Shown: piece by piece, positions 60,251 to 64,000 of the stretch
How the letters are laid out: each line of letters opens with the position of its first letter
Position numbering within the stretch: position 1 is the stretch's first letter
DNA from: a virus
Taxonomy: Duplodnaviria > Caudoviricetes
Length of the DNA stretch: 64,000 bases
Strand: one strand, 5' to 3'
Virus record (IMG/VR): IMGVR_UViG_3300033120_000868
Coordinates: 64,001 to 128,000 of that record
Program-made: the position numbers and the translations under genes
Notes under the pieces: model-generated
The model's database searches: none
Seen by the model: only the letters and a program-made list of their open reading frames with translations
Told to the model about the DNA's origin: nothing

Positions 60251-62434
60251 TTAAATAAATGTAATTTCACAACCTCCCGAGCTACATGCAACAGCACCTA
60301 AAGTGTCTACAGCTACAAAAGTAGGTTTAAAATCAATCTCTGTAAAATCAATCTTCTTATAATCTCTTGTAATTATAGACCATTTGTGAAACAAATGCAC
60401 ATCTTTTAAACAACTGACCGCTGTATTTAAGTCATTTTTAAAATAACTTTTTGCAAACTTTTTAATTCGTCTAACAACATCTTTCTTTAATAGTAATTTA
60501 TATCTATCCCCTGATAACTCAAAATTTCTATCAACTACAGCTTGACATGTATCCCACAAATCATTATCAAATGCGTGTAAAGAATCTACAATTAATCCTG
60601 AAGCAAATAAACTTCCTGTACCATAATTAGAAACAATTTCTTCAAATGATAAGACTTTTGTAAAAGGACTTTGTTTATAGACTTTATCTCCTAAACTTGG
60701 CATAAAAGATAATCCACAGAAAAATTCTTTATTATCAAAAATATGGTCAAATAGTCCTTCCCAATCTTGTACAGTGATTGTATTAGATACATTATGTGTA
60801 ACTCTATTTGAATAACCTCTGTCTTTATGATTACCTACTAATACCCAATTCTGATATACCGTTTCTACTGCTTTTACAAAATCAATATCTGATAAATCAT
60901 CTTTAAACAAAGACCCCTCATTTTCTTCAATTGGTAAATAAACTGCATAATCATTTCCTGAAGCACTCCAAACAGAGTTTTCTAACAAAACAGAGTTTGT
61001 ATCAGCCAATACTTTTGCAACTTCTGTTTGTTTGTTCATCTGCATAATTCTAAAATATCTTCTTGAGTGTGCAGGGTGTATTCCTGATGATGTTCCTAAA
61101 ATTACAGAGGCGTTTCCGCTTGGCTTAACTGTTGTTGTACGTGCAGCAGGATTAATACCTATAATTTTAGCAACTTCTTCGTTGACTTGATTAACAATTT
61201 CAGCCCCTTTTCTTAAAACTTCAGGGGATAGTAATACTTTAGGATTATCCATAATCCCTGTAATTGAAACTCCAATTAAAGCTTCCTCGTTAATAAGCTC
61301 TTCTGTATCAATACCTAAAAACGGCATATTTGTATAAGATGCTTGTAATGTACCTAAAATTGACGCGTTTCTACAAGCCTCGTAAAATTTAGCAGGTGTA
61401 TTACATAACCCACCATTAATTTCATTTAAGTTACAGAAAGAAATACATGAATTACCTGTTTTTGGGTTTACAGGGATAAAACCAATTTCTGCACAAGGGT
61501 TTGTACAAAAATCAATGTCATCAACTAACACAATACCTGGCTCACCAAACTGTTTAATACTCTCTTTATAATTATCAAACTCCTCTTTTGTTAAATCAGT
61601 TTTTAATAGTTTAATAGAGTTGTTTGCTCTACCTCTTTGTGCATTATCATAAAACCAATTCCCTGTTTTACATTTTAGCATTAAATCGTCGTCTTTGTCA
61701 AACAAACAAATTAAAGCTGAGCGTCTAATTCCTCCACTTAAAACTGCATCTGCAATATGGCAAACAATATCGTGTGCATCTAAAGTAGAAAGTTTTTCTT
61801 GACCACTGTTAACTCTACTATTTACTAAACTCTCAATTAATTCTAAAGACCTTCTTAGAGGTTGGAAGCCAGGAGCTTTGAAACCGCCTGAAATATAAGC
61901 TCCCTCAGGTCTAATTAAAGAGCCATCAAATCTAATTTGTTCACTCCCATTAAAAAATGACATCATTAAAGCATCAACTGCTAAAGCCCATCCTTCTACA
62001 CTGTCCTCAATAGTATAAGTAACTGTTTCTTCTTTTCTTTTTTTTATAGTTGGTAATTTCTCAACAAATCTTTTTTCTACAGAGTACCCCGCACCACATC
62101 CGTTCAATAAAATGTACATAATTTGCTTGAACACTTCAGGTCTGTCAATATAAGTTGAGCTACAATTAAACAGCTTTACATTATGCTTATTAATACTATC
62201 TCCTCTAAATTGTAAGTTTCTTTGGGACGCTAAAATTTGCTTGTTTTTATAAGCTTGAGTAGCAGAATCTAAATATGAAGTAAGCTCAGGTAAATGTTTA
62301 AACTTACCATAATGCATCTCCATAACGCTATCTACAGATTCTTCCCACGTTTCTTTTCTCCCTAAATCTTCTCTGTATTTTGAGTAAGATTCATAAAATT
62401 TTAAATTACTTAATAGTTCTTTTCCTTTATTCAT
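60251..62434 (-). CDS. nrdJ: Class II (adenosylcobalamin-dependent) ribonucleotide reductase, RTPR-type
   Basis: FNCS, GGIRRSA, TNPCAEI, CNL.EIN, TTVKPSG, C-terminal ACSSGGCE; no beta subunit nearby. Confidence 0.85.
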   Translation of the reverse strand: MNKGKELLSNLKFYESYSKYREDLGRKETWEESVDSVMEMHYGKFKHLPELTSYLDSATQAYKNKQILASQRNLQFRGDSINKHNVKLFNCSSTYIDRPEVFKQIMYILLNGCGAGYSVEKRFVEKLPTIKKRKEETVTYTIEDSVEGWALAVDALMMSFFNGSEQIRFDGSLIRPEGAYISGGFKAPGFQPLRRSLELIESLVNSRVNSGQEKLSTLDAHDIVCHIADAVLSGGIRRSALICLFDKDDDLMLKCKTGNWFYDNAQRGRANNSIKLLKTDLTKEEFDNYKESIKQFGEPGIVLVDDIDFCTNPCAEIGFIPVNPKTGNSCISFCNLNEINGGLCNTPAKFYEACRNASILGTLQASYTNMPFLGIDTEELINEEALIGVSITGIMDNPKVLLSPEVLRKGAEIVNQVNEEVAKIIGINPAARTTTVKPSGNASVILGTSSGIHPAHSRRYFRIMQMNKQTEVAKVLADTNSVLLENSVWSASGNDYAVYLPIEENEGSLFKDDLSDIDFVKAVETVYQNWVLVGNHKDRGYSNRVTHNVSNTITVQDWEGLFDHIFDNKEFFCGLSFMPSLGDKVYKQSPFTKVLSFEEIVSNYGTGSLFASGLIVDSLHAFDNDLWDTCQAVVDRNFELSGDRYKLLLKKDVVRRIKKFAKSYFKNDLNTAVSCLKDVHLFHKWSIITRDYKKIDFTEIDFKPTFVAVDTLGAVACSSGGCEITFI

Positions 62435-62485
62435 CGTTTTTAAATTCCTGTTTTTGTTTTCATGTTACTGTTGTTTATTAAGGAC

Positions 62486-62518
62486 AAAAAACCCTGCCAC
62501 TTTAAATTTCGACAGGGT
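62486..62518 (-). terminator. Terminator/attenuator hairpin in the nrdJ leader
   Basis: ACCCTG…CAGGGT followed by a U-tract, between the promoter (62620) and the nrdJ start. Confidence 0.6.
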
Positions 62519-62532
62519 ATAGTTTTATATGT

Positions 62533-62552
62533 AAAGCACTCGTGCCTCGTAT
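62533..62552 (+). repeat. Inverted-repeat copy 1 (AAAGCACTCGTGCCTCGTAT)
   Basis: 19/20 match to the reverse complement of 63550-63569. Confidence 0.8.
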
Positions 62553-62619
62553 GAGCCAAGCCTTCTTAAACAAAGCTACTTTCTCATTAGCTATCTCGGA
62601 CAGCTCTAAATTTCTTTTG

Positions 62620-62651
62620 CAAATATAGTAATAGTTTTTCTAATTACCAAA
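62620..62651 (-). promoter_or_regulatory. Bacteroidetes sigma-A promoter
   Basis: TTTG (62648-62651), 20 nt, TATATTTG (62620-62627). Confidence 0.7.
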
Positions 62652-62700
62652 TTTGTTAACTGAAATGTTTTTCTTTTAGCTAATTTTTTTGCGCGAAAAA

Positions 62701-63009
62701 TTAATCCCAATTTTTATATAATTCCTTAAATTCTTTTAAAATACTCAAAGTCTCTTGTTGAATTTTTAACATCTCACTTACTTCAGGTAAGATAATCTGT
62801 TTTAAAGATGTAAACTTCTCTAATGCTTGAGAAACTGTTGGATAATAAAACCTTTCTTCTGCTGTGTAGTCTACTGTTTCTCCGTTTTTATTAGTTCTTT
62901 TGGCGGGAAAATGCTCTACTAAAACTACACCTTTAAATTGGTCTGACTCTAGGTAATAGTGTTCACTTAAATCTATTCTGTCTTTGTGTTTGAAAATGTT
63001 ATTGTTCAT
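62701..63009 (-). CDS. Hypothetical protein
   Basis: 102 aa ORF. Confidence 0.6.
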   Translation of the reverse strand: MNNNIFKHKDRIDLSEHYYLESDQFKGVVLVEHFPAKRTNKNGETVDYTAEERFYYPTVSQALEKFTSLKQIILPEVSEMLKIQQETLSILKEFKELYKNWD

Positions 63010-63012
63010 ATC

Positions 63013-63228
63013 TTATTTATTTAATATTTTAATTCTTTTCTTAGCCAACTTTTTATCAAAAAATGGCATATCTCCAAGCTCTCCATAAGTATTATCAATT
63101 TTATAATCACCAATAATTTTAGAGGATTTAATAAAACCAAATCTTACAGTTTCTTTTCTAATCCAAAACGTTTTTGGAGCTTCTTTGTCGTATAGAGGGG
63201 TTTCTATTATTGTGTATTTTACTTTCAT
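63013..63228 (-). CDS. Hypothetical protein
   Basis: 71 aa ORF. Confidence 0.55.
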   Translation of the reverse strand: MKVKYTIIETPLYDKEAPKTFWIRKETVRFGFIKSSKIIGDYKIDNTYGELGDMPFFDKKLAKKRIKILNK

Positions 63229-63549
63229 CTTGTTTAGTATAAATCTGAACCTATTTCTGCTAATTCTTTTGTCAATTCTTCATCGTCAAAAGCACACCAT
63301 GTTTCTTCTTTCATTTTTATTATTTTTTTTTAGTTTTTCGCCGTTAAAAATAAAGAAACAGAAGTAATTTACTTTCACTTGCTATTTTAATACCCACAAG
63401 ATTACGAGTAACTTCTGAATCTTTAAATACCCTTGTTATTGCATTGGTCAGGATTGTACCGCACTTATCTTACTATATGTAGCGGACAAGTTCTAATTAC
63501 TACACAAGGAGAGTTCTATGTATTTTACTCACAATTAACATACTCACCA

Positions 63550-63569
63550 ATACGAGGCATGAGTGCTTT
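63550..63569 (-). repeat. Inverted-repeat copy 2
   Basis: Minus strand reads AAAGCACTCATGCCTCGTAT. Confidence 0.8.
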
Positions 63570-63606
63570 TAAGGGCTTTTCTCAGTATGTAGAACCTATC
63601 GCTCTG

Positions 63607-63676
63607 TGGTCTCGGTAACAATCGAGGTTACAACTTCTGTAGACTAACAGTGTTTTGCCACTTAAACTACAAGACC
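63607..63676 (-). tRNA. tRNA-like element/pseudo-tRNA with shortened anticodon arm
   Basis: GGTCTTG/CGAGACC acceptor stem, GTTT-AAGTGGCA-AAAC D arm, CTGT-TAGTCT-ACAG anticodon arm, GTAAC-CTCGATT-GTTAC T arm. Confidence 0.6.
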
Positions 63677-63815
63677 GCTTGATAGCTTACCTATCAGCAC
63701 CCGTTAGATTATGCTTGCTAGACTATGTGGGTTAGCCTTTTTAACCTGTAGCATGTAGGCTCATCTGCAACTTAACATAAACCTGTGATGAGTTTTCCTT
63801 AATGTTTATGCCTTG

Positions 63816-63998
63816 CTAACTCTTTATTTCTGTAAAACTTCTATACCAATCACTTAAAAATCTACTCCAAATTTTACCATTCTTACCTTTATATACTACT
63901 GTAATTGGATATTTTTCCGTATTTGTTTCATTTGCTATTGCAATAATTTTATACTTGATTCCATTAGTATGCCTCCATTTAGATTTTATTGTTGGAAT
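63816..63998 (-). CDS. DUF1653-like protein, 5'-truncated by window edge
   Basis: Hand-translated ..KWRHTNGIKYKIIAIAN..PITVVY..GKIWSR..W..SF*. Confidence 0.55.
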   Translation of the reverse strand: MPTIKSKWRHTNGIKYKIIAIANETNTEKYPITVVYKGKNGKIWSRFLSDWYRSFTEIKS

Positions 63999-64000
63999 TT

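Larger units (their letters stand above)
63370..63815 (-). ncRNA. Putative structured non-coding RNA region
   Basis: GC-richer region with no credible ORF and many inverted repeats; contains a tRNA-like cloverleaf. Confidence 0.45.

Noticed and set aside
62435-62620. Cobalamin riboswitch before the B12-dependent RNR
   Set aside because: No recognisable B12 box or GGGAA core, and the leader is short
63370-63815. tmRNA or functional canonical tRNA
   Set aside because: No G3:U70 Ala acceptor or tag reading frame found; the anticodon loop is 6 nt
1-64000. CRISPR array, integrase or IS element
   Set aside because: No regularly spaced repeats and no recombinase or transposase motifs seen

Overview
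This window is an internal part of an AT-rich, lytic-looking podovirus-type phage genome that most likely infects Bacteroidota (Flavobacteriaceae-like). The host inference rests on about 17 Bacteroidetes sigma-A promoters (TTTG-N20-TAnnTTTG) and A-rich, SD-less start contexts. Bases 1-27.9 kb (+) hold a crAss-like late module: a 5'-truncated large tail protein, a virion lytic transglycosylase and five large putative cargo/ejection proteins. Two of these are polyvalent, with LPD-type, zincin, ART-like and GNAT domains; I found no virion RNA polymerase motif. Bases 28-30.3 kb (+) are a small operon converging on a bidirectional terminator. Bases 30.3-64 kb (-) are the early/replication arm: T5 A1-like metallophosphoesterase, zinc-finger HNH endonuclease, Prim-Pol, spanin-like pair, PolA, HD hydrolase, DnaB, dUTPase, ThyA, SLT, class II RNR and many small hypothetical genes. 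The most notable observations are: (1) the three giant proteins contain only four Cys in 5,782 aa, all at the gene-to-gene junctions and next to a shared N-terminal domain, suggesting a head-to-tail linked ejection chain; (2) a dispersed T-tract/CG-core/A-tract DNA motif written over coding sequence; (3) a kissing-loop plus loop-E RNA leader on the HNH gene; (4) a structured ncRNA region containing an aberrant tRNA-like cloverleaf, with a 19/20-nt complement in the nrdJ leader. All calls come from reading motifs by eye; no database searches were run.
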